Assembly (NCBI GenBank): GCA_963729605.1
Contig: CAVSNY010000006.1
Location: forward strand, 352,001-416,000
Origin: an uncultured Gammaproteobacteria bacterium
GTDB taxonomy: Bacteria; Pseudomonadota; Gammaproteobacteria; DRLM01
Reading direction: 5' to 3'
DNA length: 64,000 bases
The notes under the pieces were generated by a model. The model was not told the DNA's origin, did no database searches, and saw nothing but the letters and a program-made list of their open reading frames with translations. Each line of letters opens with the position of its first letter. Within the stretch, counting starts at the first letter, position 1. This document shows, piece after piece, positions 27,045-38,418 of the stretch. A program made the translations under genes and the position numbers.

Positions 27045-28127
27045 TCACCGTATCTTCAAACTGGCGAGGCCGATCAACACCAGCAACACCGTCACGATCC
27101 AAAACCGCACGATCACCCGCGGCTCCGGCCAACCCTTCAACTCAAAATGATGATGCAAAGGCGCCATGCGAAAAATGCGTTTACCGGTAAGCTTGAAGGA
27201 CGCCACTTGCAAGATCACCGACAGCGTCTCCATCACGAACACGCCGCCCATGATGAACAGCACGATCTCTTGATGGACGATCACCGCGATCACGCCCAGC
27301 GCCGCGCCCAAGGCCAGCGCGCCGATGTCGCCCATGAACACCTGGGCGGGATAGGCGTTGAACCACAAAAATCCCAGCCCCGCGCCCACCAGCGCGCCGC
27401 AGATCACCACCACTTCGCCGACCCCATTCACGTAAGGTATGCCGAGATAGCCGGCGAATTTCACGTGGCCGGTGACATAGGCGAAGATGCCCAGCGCCCC
27501 CGCCACCAGCACCGTGGGCATGATGGCGAGGCCGTCGAGACCGTCGGTGAGATTCACCGCGTTGCTGGTGCCGACGATCACGAAATAGGCGAACAGGATG
27601 AACACCGCGCCCAACTGGATATACGTGTCTTTCAAAAACGGAATGATGAGCTGAGTCTCCGCCGGGGTTTGCGCGCCGTAATATAAAAAGGCCGCCGCGC
27701 CGAGGCCCACCACCGACTGCCAAAAATATTTGGCGCGCGCCGAAAGACCCTTGGAGTTTTTCAGCACCAGTTTTTTGTAGTCGTCCCACCAGCCGATCGC
27801 GCCGAACAACAGAGTGACGATCAACACCACCCAGATGTAGCGATTGCTCAAGTCGGCCCACAACAGCGTGCTCACCGCCACCGCCACCAGAATCAAGGCG
27901 CCGCCCATGGTGGGCGTGCCGGCCTTTTTCTGGTGGCTTTGCGGACCCAGCTCGCGGATCTGCTGGCCGATTTGATACTGGCTGAGGCGGCGGATCATCG
28001 CCGGTCCAAAGATGAACAAAAACACCAGCGCGGTCAGCACGCCCAGGATCGCGCGCAGCGTGATGTACTGAAACACGCCGAAGCCGCTGTAACTTTGCGC
28101 GAGCCATTGTGTGAGATAAAGCAACAC
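27045..28127 (-). CDS. mraY: Phospho-MurNAc-pentapeptide transferase
   Basis: [36 protein letters not shown]. Confidence 0.98.
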   Translation of the reverse strand: MLLYLTQWLAQSYSGFGVFQYITLRAILGVLTALVFLFIFGPAMIRRLSQYQIGQQIRELGPQSHQKKAGTPTMGGALILVAVAVSTLLWADLSNRYIWVVLIVTLLFGAIGWWDDYKKLVLKNSKGLSARAKYFWQSVVGLGAAAFLYYGAQTPAETQLIIPFLKDTYIQLGAVFILFAYFVIVGTSNAVNLTDGLDGLAIMPTVLVAGALGIFAYVTGHVKFAGYLGIPYVNGVGEVVVICGALVGAGLGFLWFNAYPAQVFMGDIGALALGAALGVIAVIVHQEIVLFIMGGVFVMETLSVILQVASFKLTGKRIFRMAPLHHHFELKGWPEPRVIVRFWIVTVLLVLIGLASLKIR

Positions 28128-28132
28128 GAATC

Positions 28133-29536
28133 TTAACCCTCGCCCGGCTGCCGGGCATGCAACTGATCCGCGGCGCCGGTCAGCGCCTCCACTACTTTTT
28201 CCATTTGCGCGCTCCGCGAGCCTTTCACCAGCAGCGTGATGGGTTCGTCACCCTTGGTCAGCCGTTTCCGCAAGGCGTCGATCAATTCCGCTTGGGTAGG
28301 AAAGTGATGCGCGCCGGCGCCGAAGGCCGCCGCCGTGCGGCCGCTCAAGACGCCGGCGGTGTAGAGTTCCGCCACGCCCGCGGCGCGCGCCACCCCGCCC
28401 AAATTCGCGTGCAATTCCTCGGCGCCCTCGCCCAGTTCGCCCAGGTCGCCCATCACGAATAGATGACGGCCGGGCAGCTCGACCAGCACCCGCAAGGCGG
28501 CGCGCACCGAACTGGGGTTGGCGTTGTAGGTATCGTCGATGACGCTCACCCGCTGATTGAGACGCCGCCATTGCAAGCGGCCTTTCACCGGCCGCATCGC
28601 GGCGAGACCGGCCTGGATGTCGCCCATATCGGCGCCGACCGCCAAGGCCGCCGCGGCCGCCGCGCAGGCGTTAATCACATTGTGTCTGCCCAGCAGTTGC
28701 AAATGCACCGGCGCCTCACCGCGCGGCGTGCGCAGGGTGAAGGCCAGGCCCGGGTGGGCGCCGTCCATCATCCGTTCCGTTCCCTCCGCCACCGTCACCT
28801 CGGCATGCGCATAACCGAAGCTGATGACCGGCCGCCGGCCGATCACGCCCCGCCAATAATCGGCGTAGGCGTCGTCGGCGTTGAGCACCGCCACGCCGTC
28901 GGCGGCCAGCGCCGCGTAGATCTCGCCCTTGCCGCGCGCCACGCCGTCGAGGCTGCCGAAGCCTTCGAGATGGGCCGCGCCGGCGTTGGTGATCAGCGCC
29001 GCCGTCGGCCGGGCCAAACCGGCGACGTAGGCGATCTCGCCGAGATGATTGGCGCCCATCTCGATCACCGCGTAGCGGTGGTCGGCGCGCAAGCGGAACA
29101 AGGTCAAAGGCACGCCGTAGTCGTTATTGAGATTGCCTTGGGTCACCAGCACCTCGCCACGCTGGCGCAGGATCGCGGCGAGCATTTCCTTGACCGTGGT
29201 CTTGCCGTTGCTGCCGGTCACGCCCACCACCGGCACAGTAAAACGCGCGCGCCACGCCGCGGCGAGCTGGCCGAGGGCCAGCCGCGTGTCGTTCACCACG
29301 ATCTGCGGCAAGGCAATATCCCGCGGCGCGTCCACCACCGCCGCCGCCGCGCCGCGCGCCGCCGCGTCATCGATAAAAGCATGGCCGTCGTGGCGTTCGC
29401 CTTTGATCGCCACATAGACGTCGCCCGCTTGCAGGGTGCGGCTGTCGATGCTCACGCTGTCGAATTCCGCGTCGGCGCCGCGCAGGACACCGCCCGCCGC
29501 CACCGCCGCCTCACTCAAACGCAGGCCGCCGCTCAT
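28133..29536 (-). CDS. murF: UDP-MurNAc-tripeptide--D-Ala-D-Ala ligase
   Basis: [41 protein letters not shown]. Confidence 0.96.
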   Translation of the reverse strand: MSGGLRLSEAAVAAGGVLRGADAEFDSVSIDSRTLQAGDVYVAIKGERHDGHAFIDDAAARGAAAAVVDAPRDIALPQIVVNDTRLALGQLAAAWRARFTVPVVGVTGSNGKTTVKEMLAAILRQRGEVLVTQGNLNNDYGVPLTLFRLRADHRYAVIEMGANHLGEIAYVAGLARPTAALITNAGAAHLEGFGSLDGVARGKGEIYAALAADGVAVLNADDAYADYWRGVIGRRPVISFGYAHAEVTVAEGTERMMDGAHPGLAFTLRTPRGEAPVHLQLLGRHNVINACAAAAAALAVGADMGDIQAGLAAMRPVKGRLQWRRLNQRVSVIDDTYNANPSSVRAALRVLVELPGRHLFVMGDLGELGEGAEELHANLGGVARAAGVAELYTAGVLSGRTAAAFGAGAHHFPTQAELIDALRKRLTKGDEPITLLVKGSRSAQMEKVVEALTGAADQLHARQPGEG

Positions 29537-31059
29537 GGCCGTCCCCCGCTCAACAAACGCGCCACCACCGCCTGATCGGAAAACGGCACGTACTGCGCGC
29601 CGATCTGCTGATAGGCCTCGTGCCCTTTGCCGGCCACCAGCACCACGTCGCTTGGATTCGCCTGGGTCACCGCGTAGGCGATGGCCGCGGCGCGTTCGTG
29701 GATGACTTGCACCTCGGCCTCCGCGGCGATGCCGGCCATGATGTCGGCGACGATCGCCGCGGGGTCTTCGCCGCGCGGATTGTCGTCGGTGATGATCACC
29801 CGATCCGCCAGCCGCGCCGCCGCCGCGCCCATCAACGGCCGTTTGCCGCGGTCGCGATCGCCGCCGCAACCGAACACGCACCACACCCGGCCGCGACTGT
29901 GGGCGCGCAACGCGCTCAACACCTGCTCCAAGGCGTCGGGGGTATGGGCATAATCCACCACCACCCGCGGCGCGGCGCCGCCGCCGAAGCACTGCATACG
30001 GCCGGTCACCGCCTGCAAGCGGCCGAGCCGGCGCAAGGCCTCGTCGAAAGCGATGCCCATGATCAACAGCGTGGCGAGCACCGCCAACACATTGCTGACG
30101 TTGAAGCGGCCGAGCAGCGGCACCCGCACTTCACCCTCGCCCCACGGGCTGTGCACGGTCAGTTGCATGCCGTCGTCGTCGAGCCGCACTTCGCGCGCCT
30201 GGACATGGGCGATGGTCGATGCCACCGCGTTCTCCAAACCGTAACTCACGCCCATCACGTCCGAACGAAGATTGGCCAGCAGTTCTCGGCCGAACGCGTC
30301 ATCGCCGTTGACCACCGCGTAACGCAAGCCGGGCAGATGGAACAGCCGCCGCTTGGCCGCGCCGTAGGCGGCCATGTCGCCGTGGTAATCCAAATGATCG
30401 CGCGTGAGATTGGTGAACACCGCTACGTCGAAGGCCACCGCGTTGACCCGGCCCTGATCCAAGGCATGCGACGACGCCTCCATCACCACGCTGCGCGCGC
30501 CGGCGTCACGCAGCCGCGCGAGCAGGGCATGCACGCTCACCGCGTCCGGCGTGGTCAGCGTAGCGCTGGCCAACGCGCCGACCAGGCCGTTGCCCACCGT
30601 GCCGATGATGCCGCAGGGACCCGCTTCGCTGTGCAAAGCGTGGGCGAGGTAGTGGCTGCACGAGGTCTTGCCGTTGGTGCCGGTAATGCCCACCATGAAC
30701 AAGTCGCGGGACGGCTCGCCGAAAAACCGTTCGGCGATCAGGCCGGCGCGCTGGGCGAGATCGACCACCGGGATTTGCGGCACGTCGCCGATGAAGGGCG
30801 GCAGGGACGGCGCCTCGCCGGCGGCGATTTCATAAACCACCGCCACCGCGCCATGGGCCACCGCATCGCCGATGAAATCGTGGCCGCGGCTGCGCAATCC
30901 GGTACAGGCGAGAAATAGACTGCCCGGCCGCACTTGGCGGCTGTCGAGACTGAGGCCGCGCACCGCGCGCCCCATCAGCGGCGGCACGGCGGCGATGTCG
31001 CGCAGCAATTCACTGAGCGGGGGGAACGAATTGGTGGCGTGCCGCGCGGCCATCATCAT
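29533..31059 (-). CDS. murE: UDP-MurNAc-dipeptide--meso-DAP ligase
   Basis: GITGTNGKTS, MEASSHALDQGR, DYAHTPDAL, FGCGGDRD, DNPR, GKGHE. Confidence 0.97.
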   Translation of the reverse strand: MMMAARHATNSFPPLSELLRDIAAVPPLMGRAVRGLSLDSRQVRPGSLFLACTGLRSRGHDFIGDAVAHGAVAVVYEIAAGEAPSLPPFIGDVPQIPVVDLAQRAGLIAERFFGEPSRDLFMVGITGTNGKTSCSHYLAHALHSEAGPCGIIGTVGNGLVGALASATLTTPDAVSVHALLARLRDAGARSVVMEASSHALDQGRVNAVAFDVAVFTNLTRDHLDYHGDMAAYGAAKRRLFHLPGLRYAVVNGDDAFGRELLANLRSDVMGVSYGLENAVASTIAHVQAREVRLDDDGMQLTVHSPWGEGEVRVPLLGRFNVSNVLAVLATLLIMGIAFDEALRRLGRLQAVTGRMQCFGGGAAPRVVVDYAHTPDALEQVLSALRAHSRGRVWCVFGCGGDRDRGKRPLMGAAAARLADRVIITDDNPRGEDPAAIVADIMAGIAAEAEVQVIHERAAAIAYAVTQANPSDVVLVAGKGHEAYQQIGAQYVPFSDQAVVARLLSGGRP

Positions 31060-32765
31060 ATTCCCGCTTGCGCCACGGTCTGGGGCTTGAAGGCCGGCAG
31101 ATCGTCGGGGGCGACGTCGAGCAGGCGCAGCGCGCCGCTCATCACCCGCCCGAACACCGGCGCGGCCACCAAGCCGCCGTAATAGTCATCGCCGCGCGGA
31201 TCGTCGATCACCACCACCATCGCCAGGCGCGGATTGCTGGCGGGCACCAGGCCGGCGAATAACGACAGGTAACTGTCCTCCGCGTAACCGCCCACCCCGG
31301 ATTTGCGCACCGTGCCGGTCTTGCCGGCGACCCGGTAACCCGGCACCCGCGCCGCGCCGCCGGTGCCTTTCTCGCCGGTCGCCGCTTCCAGCATGCTTAT
31401 CAGTTGCCGGGCGACCTTGTCGGTCATCACCCGCTCACCCGCGGGCGATTGCGCCACCGGCAGCAGCGAGACCGGCTTGAGTACCCCGCCGTCGGCCAAG
31501 GCCGCGTAGGCGCGCGCCAATTGCAAGGTGGTGGCGGACAAACCGTAACCGAAAGAGAAGGTGACGCGGTCGATGGGATACCAGCGGTGATAATCTGGCA
31601 AGGAACCCAGCGCCTCGCCGGGAAGATTGCCGCCGCTCAGCGCGCCCAGGCCCATCGCGGAAAATTTCCGCCACAACTGCTCGGGGGGCAGCGCGAGGGC
31701 GAGTTTACCGGTGCCGACATTGCTCGATTTGGCGATCAGGGTGGTCACATCGATGAGGCCGTAGTCGTGCACGTCGCGGATGGTGTTAGGCCCGACCCGC
31801 AGCGTACCCGGCGTGGTGTCGAGCAGAGTGGTGGGCTCGTATTGGCCCGATTCCAAGGCCACCGCCACGGTGAAGGGCTTGACCGTCGAACCCGGCTCAT
31901 AAAGGTCGGTGACGGCGCGGTTGCGGTAATGATCGCTGCGCAGACTGCCGCGGTTATTGGGATTGAAGGCCGGCTGATTGACCATGGCCAGCACCTCGCC
32001 GGTGTTCACGTCCAACACCACCGCCGAACCGGATTTGGCGCGGTTCATCTGCACGGCGGCCTTGAGCTCGCGGTAGGCGATATATTGAATGCGGCGATCG
32101 ATGCTGAGGGCGAGGTCGCGGCCGGGGACCGGCTCGTTGACGCGCTCGACGGTTTCGACGATGCGGCCGAGGCGGTCCTTCACCACCCGCATGCTGCCCG
32201 GCGTGCCGTGCAGCACCGATTCGAAACTCCGCTCCAAGCCCTCCTGGCCGGCGTCGTCGACGTTGGTGAAACCGATGAGATGCGCGGCGACTTCGCCGGC
32301 CGGATAATAACGCCGGTATTCGCGCTGAAGAGAAACCCCGGGAATACCCAGCGCCATTACCTGTTCCGCCAGCTCCGGCTGCACGTGGCGTTTGAGATAG
32401 ACGAACTCGCGCGTCGCGTTGCGCTCGATGCGTTCTTTTAACCAGGCGCGATTGACGTCCAAGGTCTTGGCCAATTGATTCCACTCGTCGCGCGCACTCA
32501 GCAAATCTTGTGGATTGGCCCAGATCGAATCCACCGGCGTGCTGATGGCCAGGGGTTCGCCGTGGCGGTCGGTGATCATGCCGCGATGGGCGGGAATACT
32601 CACCACCCGCAGATGGCGAGCGTCGCCCTGGCCTTGCAGGAAATCTTTATGAAGAATCTGCAAATCCACGGCGCGCCAGATCAAGCCCGCCACCACCACG
32701 AGCATCAGTCCGAGCAGCGTAATCCGCCGGCCGCGATAATTGGCTGCCCCTGCTTTGCCGGTCAC
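31056..32765 (-). CDS. ftsI: Penicillin-binding protein 3
   Basis: RGMITDR, YEPGSTVK (SxxK), SSN, KTGT; GTGA overlap with ftsL stop. Confidence 0.96.
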   Translation of the reverse strand: MTGKAGAANYRGRRITLLGLMLVVVAGLIWRAVDLQILHKDFLQGQGDARHLRVVSIPAHRGMITDRHGEPLAISTPVDSIWANPQDLLSARDEWNQLAKTLDVNRAWLKERIERNATREFVYLKRHVQPELAEQVMALGIPGVSLQREYRRYYPAGEVAAHLIGFTNVDDAGQEGLERSFESVLHGTPGSMRVVKDRLGRIVETVERVNEPVPGRDLALSIDRRIQYIAYRELKAAVQMNRAKSGSAVVLDVNTGEVLAMVNQPAFNPNNRGSLRSDHYRNRAVTDLYEPGSTVKPFTVAVALESGQYEPTTLLDTTPGTLRVGPNTIRDVHDYGLIDVTTLIAKSSNVGTGKLALALPPEQLWRKFSAMGLGALSGGNLPGEALGSLPDYHRWYPIDRVTFSFGYGLSATTLQLARAYAALADGGVLKPVSLLPVAQSPAGERVMTDKVARQLISMLEAATGEKGTGGAARVPGYRVAGKTGTVRKSGVGGYAEDSYLSLFAGLVPASNPRLAMVVVIDDPRGDDYYGGLVAAPVFGRVMSGALRLLDVAPDDLPAFKPQTVAQAGI

Positions 32766-33085
32766 GGTTTCAATACCACCACTTGATTGGGCTCCGGGAT
32801 CGCCATGCCCAGCTTGGGACCGGCGATGCCCTCGACACGGCCATGAGTGGCCCAGGTACTTTGTTCCAACTGCAATTGACCCCACTCGATATCCAAGTCG
32901 TCGCGGGCCTTTTGCAAGGCCTGCAACTCGACGAACAATTTGCGGCTCTGATGTTTGGCGTACACCACGCCCAGCGCCGAAACCACGACGCACAACATCA
33001 GCCAGACCATGGCCCGCGACCGCCGCGGGGCGCGCGTCTCCGCACCCCGGTTTGCGATCCGTTCCGCCGCCGCCCGCAGATTCAT
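32762..33085 (-). CDS. ftsL: Cell division protein FtsL
   Basis: One TM, then SRKLFVELQ...[13 protein letters not shown]; dcw position. Confidence 0.93.
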   Translation of the reverse strand: MNLRAAAERIANRGAETRAPRRSRAMVWLMLCVVVSALGVVYAKHQSRKLFVELQALQKARDDLDIEWGQLQLEQSTWATHGRVEGIAGPKLGMAIPEPNQVVVLKP

Positions 33086-34014
33086 ACCCGTTCCGCCACG
33101 CGCAACACCGCGCTGCGGGCGCGGGGGTTGTCCCGCACTTCCGCCTCCGCCGGGAAGCGCGCCTTGCCGACGGCCCGCAAGGTGGGTTGCGCGGCATTCG
33201 GCAATAACGGGAGATGACGCGGCAAGTCTTCACCGCGCGCCTCGCGGCGCATATAACGCTTCACGATGCGATCTTCCAGCGAATGAAAACTGATCACCGC
33301 CAAGCGGCCGCCCGGCGCGAGCACCCGCACCGCCTGCGGCAGGCTGGCTTCCAGCGCCTCCAATTCACCATTGATATAAATACGCAAGGCTTGAAACGCG
33401 CGGGTCGCGGGGTGTTTGTCTCGCTCCCAAGCGGGATTGGCGGCAGTGACTATGGCCGCCAAACGCGCCGTGGTGGTGATGGGCGATTCCTGCCGCGCCT
33501 GCACGATGGCCCGCGCGATGCGTTTGGCGTAACGCTCCTCGCCGTAGGTCTTCAACACGTGAGCGATATCGGTTTCGCGGGCGCGGGCCAGCCAGGCCGC
33601 GGCGCTTTCACCCTGACCGGGGTCCATGCGCATGTCGAGGGGGCCGTCGCGCAAAAAACTGAAGCCGCGCGCCGGGTCGTCCAATTGGGGCGACGACACG
33701 CCGAGGTCAAACAACACCCCATCCACCTTGCCCGCCACACCGGCGGCCTCTGCAACAAACTCCAACATGGCGAATGTACCTTGTTGAATAGTGAAACGGT
33801 GGTCCCCCGCCAGCCGCTCCTTGGCCACCTGCACCGCCCGGGGATCCCTATCAATGGCGATGAGCCGCCCCTGTTCTCCGAGGTGATCCAATATCGCTCC
33901 GGCATGCCCGCCCCGCCCGAAGGTGGCATCCAGGTATACGCCCGACGGGCGGATTCGTAAGGCCTCCACCACCTCTTGCAACATGACCGGGTGATGGATG
34001 TCCACATCAACCAT
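33082..34014 (-). CDS. rsmH: 16S rRNA m4C1402 methyltransferase
   Basis: [46 protein letters not shown]. Confidence 0.97.
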   Translation of the reverse strand: MVDVDIHHPVMLQEVVEALRIRPSGVYLDATFGRGGHAGAILDHLGEQGRLIAIDRDPRAVQVAKERLAGDHRFTIQQGTFAMLEFVAEAAGVAGKVDGVLFDLGVSSPQLDDPARGFSFLRDGPLDMRMDPGQGESAAAWLARARETDIAHVLKTYGEERYAKRIARAIVQARQESPITTTARLAAIVTAANPAWERDKHPATRAFQALRIYINGELEALEASLPQAVRVLAPGGRLAVISFHSLEDRIVKRYMRREARGEDLPRHLPLLPNAAQPTLRAVGKARFPAEAEVRDNPRARSAVLRVAERV

Positions 34015-34019
34015 GGGCG

Positions 34020-34472
34020 TCAGAGAGAAAGCGATTCCAACTCGGCCGGCAAAGGATGTTCGCCATCCTCCTCCGCCAACCACTGTTCACGGCTCGCATC
34101 CCAACTCGCCTCATTCCACAATTCAAATTTATTACCCTGCCCGATCAGCACCACCCGCTTATCGAGGTCCGCAAATTCACGTAACGGGGGCGGCAGCAGA
34201 ATCCGGCCCGCGCCGTCGAGCTCCACCTCGGTGGCATGCCCGATCAACAGCCGCTGCAAACGGCGGGCTTGCGGGTTGAAGCTCGGGAGTTTGACCAGTT
34301 TGCGCTCGATCACTTCCCACTCCGGCAGGGGATACAGCAACAGGCAATGATCGCGGTCCACCGTGATCACCAATTGGCCATTGCACATTTCCTGAAGACG
34401 ATCGCGGTACTTGGCCGGCATCGCCATGCGGCCTTTGGTATCCAGATTGAGCGCGTTGACCCCGCGAAACAC
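34020..34472 (-). CDS. mraZ: Transcriptional repressor MraZ
   Basis: MFRG..LDTKGRM and [10 protein letters not shown] repeats; first gene of dcw cluster. Confidence 0.97.
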   Translation of the reverse strand: MFRGVNALNLDTKGRMAMPAKYRDRLQEMCNGQLVITVDRDHCLLLYPLPEWEVIERKLVKLPSFNPQARRLQRLLIGHATEVELDGAGRILLPPPLREFADLDKRVVLIGQGNKFELWNEASWDASREQWLAEEDGEHPLPAELESLSL

Positions 34473-34495
34473 CCTGCGCCTCCCGTGAGCGGATC

Positions 34496-34558
34496 ACCAC
34501 TATGACCCACTTTGCCCCACTTCCACACACTATAGGTAGGCGCATGCCCCAGTGTCAA
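34496..34558 (-). promoter_or_regulatory. dcw promoter with MraZ operator repeats
   Basis: Minus strand TTGACA (34558-34553), 18-nt spacer, TATAGT (34534-34529), followed by AGTGG repeats at exact 10-nt period (+ strand CCACT at 34497, 34507, 34517). Confidence 0.8.
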
Positions 34559-34754
34559 GGAAATTCAAGACACGATCCACGGGATTCCTGCTGTGGTGAC
34601 AGGGACTTAGAGCAACATTGATCAACAAGGTATACGAAAAATTCTCGACAAAGAACGCGCTGAAATCATGGGCTTGAGAGGGGTAGTTTTGGTAAGGACT
34701 TAAGAGTGGGCGCCGTCTCGGATCACACGGCGTGGTGAAAGTGGGAAAAAATAA

Positions 34755-35101
34755 GGAGTCGGCCGATAAGCCGGGTTCTGTCGTGGACAGTCATTCATCT
34801 GCGATACGCGTCGCCACGCACCTCTAGCGACCTACCCGGGGACAACGCGGGCCGCGTCCAAGTCCCCCTATTTGGTCTTGCTCCGGGTGGGGTTTACCCT
34901 GCCGCGCGTGTTGCCACCCGCGCGGTGCGCTCTTACCGCACCATTTCACCCTTACCTGCCCCTCGCGGGACATCGGCGGTATATTTTCTGTGGCACTTTC
35001 CGTAGGCTCGCGCCCCCCAGGCGTTACCTGGCACCCTGCCCTATGGAGCCCGGACTTTCCTCCATATCCACAAGGGATACAGCGACTGTCTAGCCGACTC
35101 C
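34755..35101 (-). ncRNA. rnpB: RNase P RNA, bacterial class A
   Basis: Minus strand GAGGAAAGTCCGGGCTCC near 5' end and ACAGAACCCGGCTTA near 3' end; complementary termini GGAGTCGGC/GCCGACTCC; between rsmI and mraZ. Confidence 0.96.
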
Positions 35102-35165
35102 GGCGCTAAAGGTAAAGCACGCGGCCGGCGGGGGCAAGACATTTCACGCGCCGGCGGTAACCCCG

Positions 35166-36023
35166 TCATTCATTCTCACCCTCCCGCAGCGACACCGCCA
35201 ATTCGTACAAGCGGTTGCGGCGTTCACCGCTGATCTCCGCCGCCAAGGCCACCGCCTGTTTGAGTGGCAGCTCCGCCAACAGCACGCCCAGCACCCGCCG
35301 GCTTTCCTCGCTCACCGCGTCGGACGGCCGCGGCTCTGCGCCGCGCACCAACACCACCAGTTCACCTTTTTGTTGATCATCATCGTCCCGCACCCAGCTT
35401 GCCAAGTCACCGAGCGGCGCGGCGCGGAGGGTCTCGTATAACTTGGTCAGTTCCCGCGCCAGCACCGCCTCGCGTCCGGCGCCGAAGACCTGCGCCATAT
35501 CGTCCAAGGCCGCGACGATACGGTGGGGCGCCTCGTAAAAAATCAGCGTGCGCGGATCGGCCTGTACGTCGAGCAATCGCTCGCGGCGGGCGGCGGGTTT
35601 GGCGGGCAAAAAACCCTCGAAGGAAAAGCGGTCGGTGGGCAGACCCGAGGCCGACAAGGCGGCGACGAGGGCGCTCGCCCCGGGCACGGGGATCACCCGC
35701 GCCCCCGCCTGATGGGCGGCGCGCACCAAATGATAACCGGGGTCGCTCAGCAGCGGCGTCCCCGCGTCGCTGATGAGGGCGATGGCCTCGCCGGCAAAGA
35801 GTCGCGCGATCAATTTCTCCGCCTGCTGCCGCTCGTTGTGCTCGTGCAGCGCGACCATCGGCGTGGCGATAGCGAAATGCCGCAGCAGCGGCGCGCTGTG
35901 ACGGGTATCCTCCGCCGCGATCACGCTCACGCCGCGCAACACTTCCACCGCACGCGGCGACATATCGCCTAAATTTCCAATGGGCGTCGCCACCACGTAC
36001 AACGCGCCCGCCACGATTGACAC
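35166..36023 (-). CDS. rsmI: 16S rRNA Cm1402 methyltransferase
   Basis: LYVVATPIGNLGD, AAEDTR, ISDAGTPLLSDPG, FYEAPHR, RELTK; start approximate. Confidence 0.96.
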   Translation of the reverse strand: MSIVAGALYVVATPIGNLGDMSPRAVEVLRGVSVIAAEDTRHSAPLLRHFAIATPMVALHEHNERQQAEKLIARLFAGEAIALISDAGTPLLSDPGYHLVRAAHQAGARVIPVPGASALVAALSASGLPTDRFSFEGFLPAKPAARRERLLDVQADPRTLIFYEAPHRIVAALDDMAQVFGAGREAVLARELTKLYETLRAAPLGDLASWVRDDDDQQKGELVVLVRGAEPRPSDAVSEESRRVLGVLLAELPLKQAVALAAEISGERRNRLYELAVSLREGENE

Positions 36024-36120
36024 CTGTGCCCCCCCCACCGATACTGTGCCCCCGTGATCCTCAAACATTCCGTTTCGCCGCCCGCCACCCCGGCGGCCAA
36101 GGCGTCCGTCAAGCTACACC

Positions 36121-38007
36121 ATGAAACAATTCTCCACAATCCGCCGCGGCCTGCTTTACGCCGCCGCCCTCCTGGCCACCTTGAGCGCCTGCGCCACCGC
36201 CACCGAGCAATCCACTCAATCCGACGCCGCCCTGCTGGAAAAGGCGCGTGACGCCGAACGGAGCGGCAGTTACGCGGTGGCGGCCCAAGACTATTTGAAT
36301 CTCGCCACCGTCGGTGAACCGGCGGCGCGTTATGAATACTTGTTGAACGCGGCCGAGGCCTTTTATCGCGGCAGCTTTCTTGCCCAGGCCAAGAACACGC
36401 TGGCGGCGCTGCCGCCGCCGGCGCTCAGCCCGCGGCAGTTGGCCCGGCGGCAAAACCTGGTGGCCGCCATCGCCATCACCGAGCGCGACCCCGCCGCCGC
36501 GCTCGATGCTCTCAAGGACGTCGACGCCGCCGGCATGCCCCCCGACGTGCGCGCGGAGATCCATCAACTGCGGGCCATGGCCTACACCCAGACCGGCAAG
36601 CCGCTGGAATCGGTGCGCGAACGCATCGCGTTGGCGCCGCTATTGACCGACCCGGACGCCGCCCGCCGCAACGATCAACAACTGTGGCAAACCCTCCTCG
36701 GTCTGCCGCCGTCGGCGCTGGACAACCCCCGTCCCGCACCGCCGCCGGACACCCTCAACGGCTGGCTGGCCTTGCTGCGCATCGCGAAAATCCCGCTCAC
36801 CCAAGGCTTCGGCATCGAACAACGCATCGACGAATGGCGCCGTCTCTATCCGCACCATCCCGCCGGCCCGGACCTGCTCGACTCCCTGCTGGCGCGCCAG
36901 CCGGAACGGATGAGCAACCAACAACCCGGGCACATCGCCCTGTTGTTGCCCCTGAGCGGCGGTTTCGCCGCGGCGGGGGAAGCTGTGCGAGACGGCTTTC
37001 TCGCCGCCTACTTTCAGCGCGAACAGACCGCCTATCAGCCGGTCATCCAAATTTACGACAGCGGCGAAAACCCCGCCCAGGCGGCGCAGCTCTACGCCCG
37101 CGCGGTGGCGGACGGCGCCGAATTCGTGGTGGGCCCCTTATCGAAGGAAGCCGTGACCGCGCTGCGGCGGCACGACGCGCTCCGCGTGCCCGTGCTCGCG
37201 CTCAATTACAGCGACGACACCCAACCCCCGCCCGCCAACTTTTTTCAATTCGGCCTCGCCCCCGAAGACGAGGCCCGTCAGGTCGCGGAACGCGCCTGGC
37301 TGGACGGCCACACCCAGGCCTTGGCCATCGTACCCACCGGCGAATGGGGTGGCCGGGTGCTGCGCGCCTTTCAAGAACACTGGCAACATTTGGGCGGCCG
37401 GCTGGTGGCCACTCAAAACTACGCGGCCAACGAAAATGATTTCTCTGCGCCGCTGCGCCGCCTGCTCGATATCGACGCCAGCGAAAACCGCGCGCGCGCC
37501 CTGCGCGCCGCCCTGCAAACCGATCTCAAATTCGAACCGCGGCGGCGCCAGGACGCGGACTTCATCTTCATGGCCGCCTTTCCGCGCCAGGCCCGGCAAA
37601 TTCCGCCGCAACTGAAATTTTTCTACGCCGGCGATCTGCCGATCTACGCCACCTCGCACATTTACGAAGGCCGGCCCGATCCCGACAAAGACCGCGACCT
37701 CGACGGCGTGAGTTTTACCGACATCCCCTGGCTGCTGGACGATCAAGCCCAGCCCTTGCGCGACGCCGTCGAACAAGCCTGGCCCGGCCAAGCCGCCTCG
37801 CGGCGCCTCGCGGCGCTGGGTGCCGACGCCTATCGACTCATTCCTTATCTGGACTTACTGCGAAATTCGCCCCAAGAAGCATTTCCCGGCGCCACCGGCC
37901 GCTTGACCCTGGACGCCGACAACCGGATACGCCGCGCGCCGCTGTGGGCGCGTTTCAGAAAGGGCGAACCCACCGCGCTGGCGCCCGCCGCCGCGCCGGC
38001 GCAATGA
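36121..38007 (+). CDS. lpoA: Penicillin-binding protein activator lipoprotein LpoA/LppC
   Basis: Lipobox LSAC, IALLLPLSG, VVGPLSKE, FGLAPEDEA, ALGADAY; divergent from rsmI. Confidence 0.92.
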   Translation: MKQFSTIRRGLLYAAALLATLSACATATEQSTQSDAALLEKARDAERSGSYAVAAQDYLNLATVGEPAARYEYLLNAAEAFYRGSFLAQAKNTLAALPPPALSPRQLARRQNLVAAIAITERDPAAALDALKDVDAAGMPPDVRAEIHQLRAMAYTQTGKPLESVRERIALAPLLTDPDAARRNDQQLWQTLLGLPPSALDNPRPAPPPDTLNGWLALLRIAKIPLTQGFGIEQRIDEWRRLYPHHPAGPDLLDSLLARQPERMSNQQPGHIALLLPLSGGFAAAGEAVRDGFLAAYFQREQTAYQPVIQIYDSGENPAQAAQLYARAVADGAEFVVGPLSKEAVTALRRHDALRVPVLALNYSDDTQPPPANFFQFGLAPEDEARQVAERAWLDGHTQALAIVPTGEWGGRVLRAFQEHWQHLGGRLVATQNYAANENDFSAPLRRLLDIDASENRARALRAALQTDLKFEPRRRQDADFIFMAAFPRQARQIPPQLKFFYAGDLPIYATSHIYEGRPDPDKDRDLDGVSFTDIPWLLDDQAQPLRDAVEQAWPGQAASRRLAALGADAYRLIPYLDLLRNSPQEAFPGATGRLTLDADNRIRRAPLWARFRKGEPTALAPAAAPAQ

Positions 38008-38381
38008 ACACGCGCCCGCCGCCGGGCCAAAAGGGCCGGGAAGAAGAAGAGCGGGCTTGCCGGTATCTGCTGACTCAAGGACTCAAGCCGCGGGAGCGCA
38101 ACTACCGTTGCCGCCACGGTGAAATCGATCTCATCATGGATGACGGCGCCGCCCTGGTGTTCGTCGAGGTGCGTTACCGGGCCAATCGCCGTTTCGCCGG
38201 CGGCGCCGAAAGCGTCGATCGCCGCAAGCAAGCCAAACTCGTCGCGGCGGCCCAGTATTATTTGCAGGCGCACCGCGAGCTGGCGCGGCGGCCGGCGCGT
38301 TTCGACGTGATCGCCCTCGCCCCCGGCGACGAACTTAGCGGTATCGAATGGATCAAAAACGCGTTCCACGCCGAGACATGA
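38004..38381 (+). CDS. yraN: YraN family putative endonuclease
   Basis: RNYRCRHGEIDLIM, LVFVEVRYR, RFDVIA; ATGA overlap with lpoA. Confidence 0.93.
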   Translation: MNTRPPPGQKGREEEERACRYLLTQGLKPRERNYRCRHGEIDLIMDDGAALVFVEVRYRANRRFAGGAESVDRRKQAKLVAAAQYYLQAHRELARRPARFDVIALAPGDELSGIEWIKNAFHAET

Positions 38382-38418
38382 CGCATCTATATTTTAGAAT
38401 TTTAAGAGGAGCGAGACC

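Noticed and set aside
28133-33233. Apparent long N-terminal extensions of murF (619 aa) and ftsI (725 aa)
   Set aside because: The extensions overlap murE and ftsL/rsmH in other frames; coupled starts at 29536 and 32765 fit family lengths
34560-34750. Possible sRNA or second MraZ operator upstream of mraZ (GTGGTGAAAGTGGG; GGACTTA twice)
   Set aside because: Only two units with 9-nt spacing and no clear terminator; consistent with an ordinary AT-richer promoter region
34872-35093. 73-aa ORF on the + strand
   Set aside because: Antisense to RNase P RNA; a common spurious call
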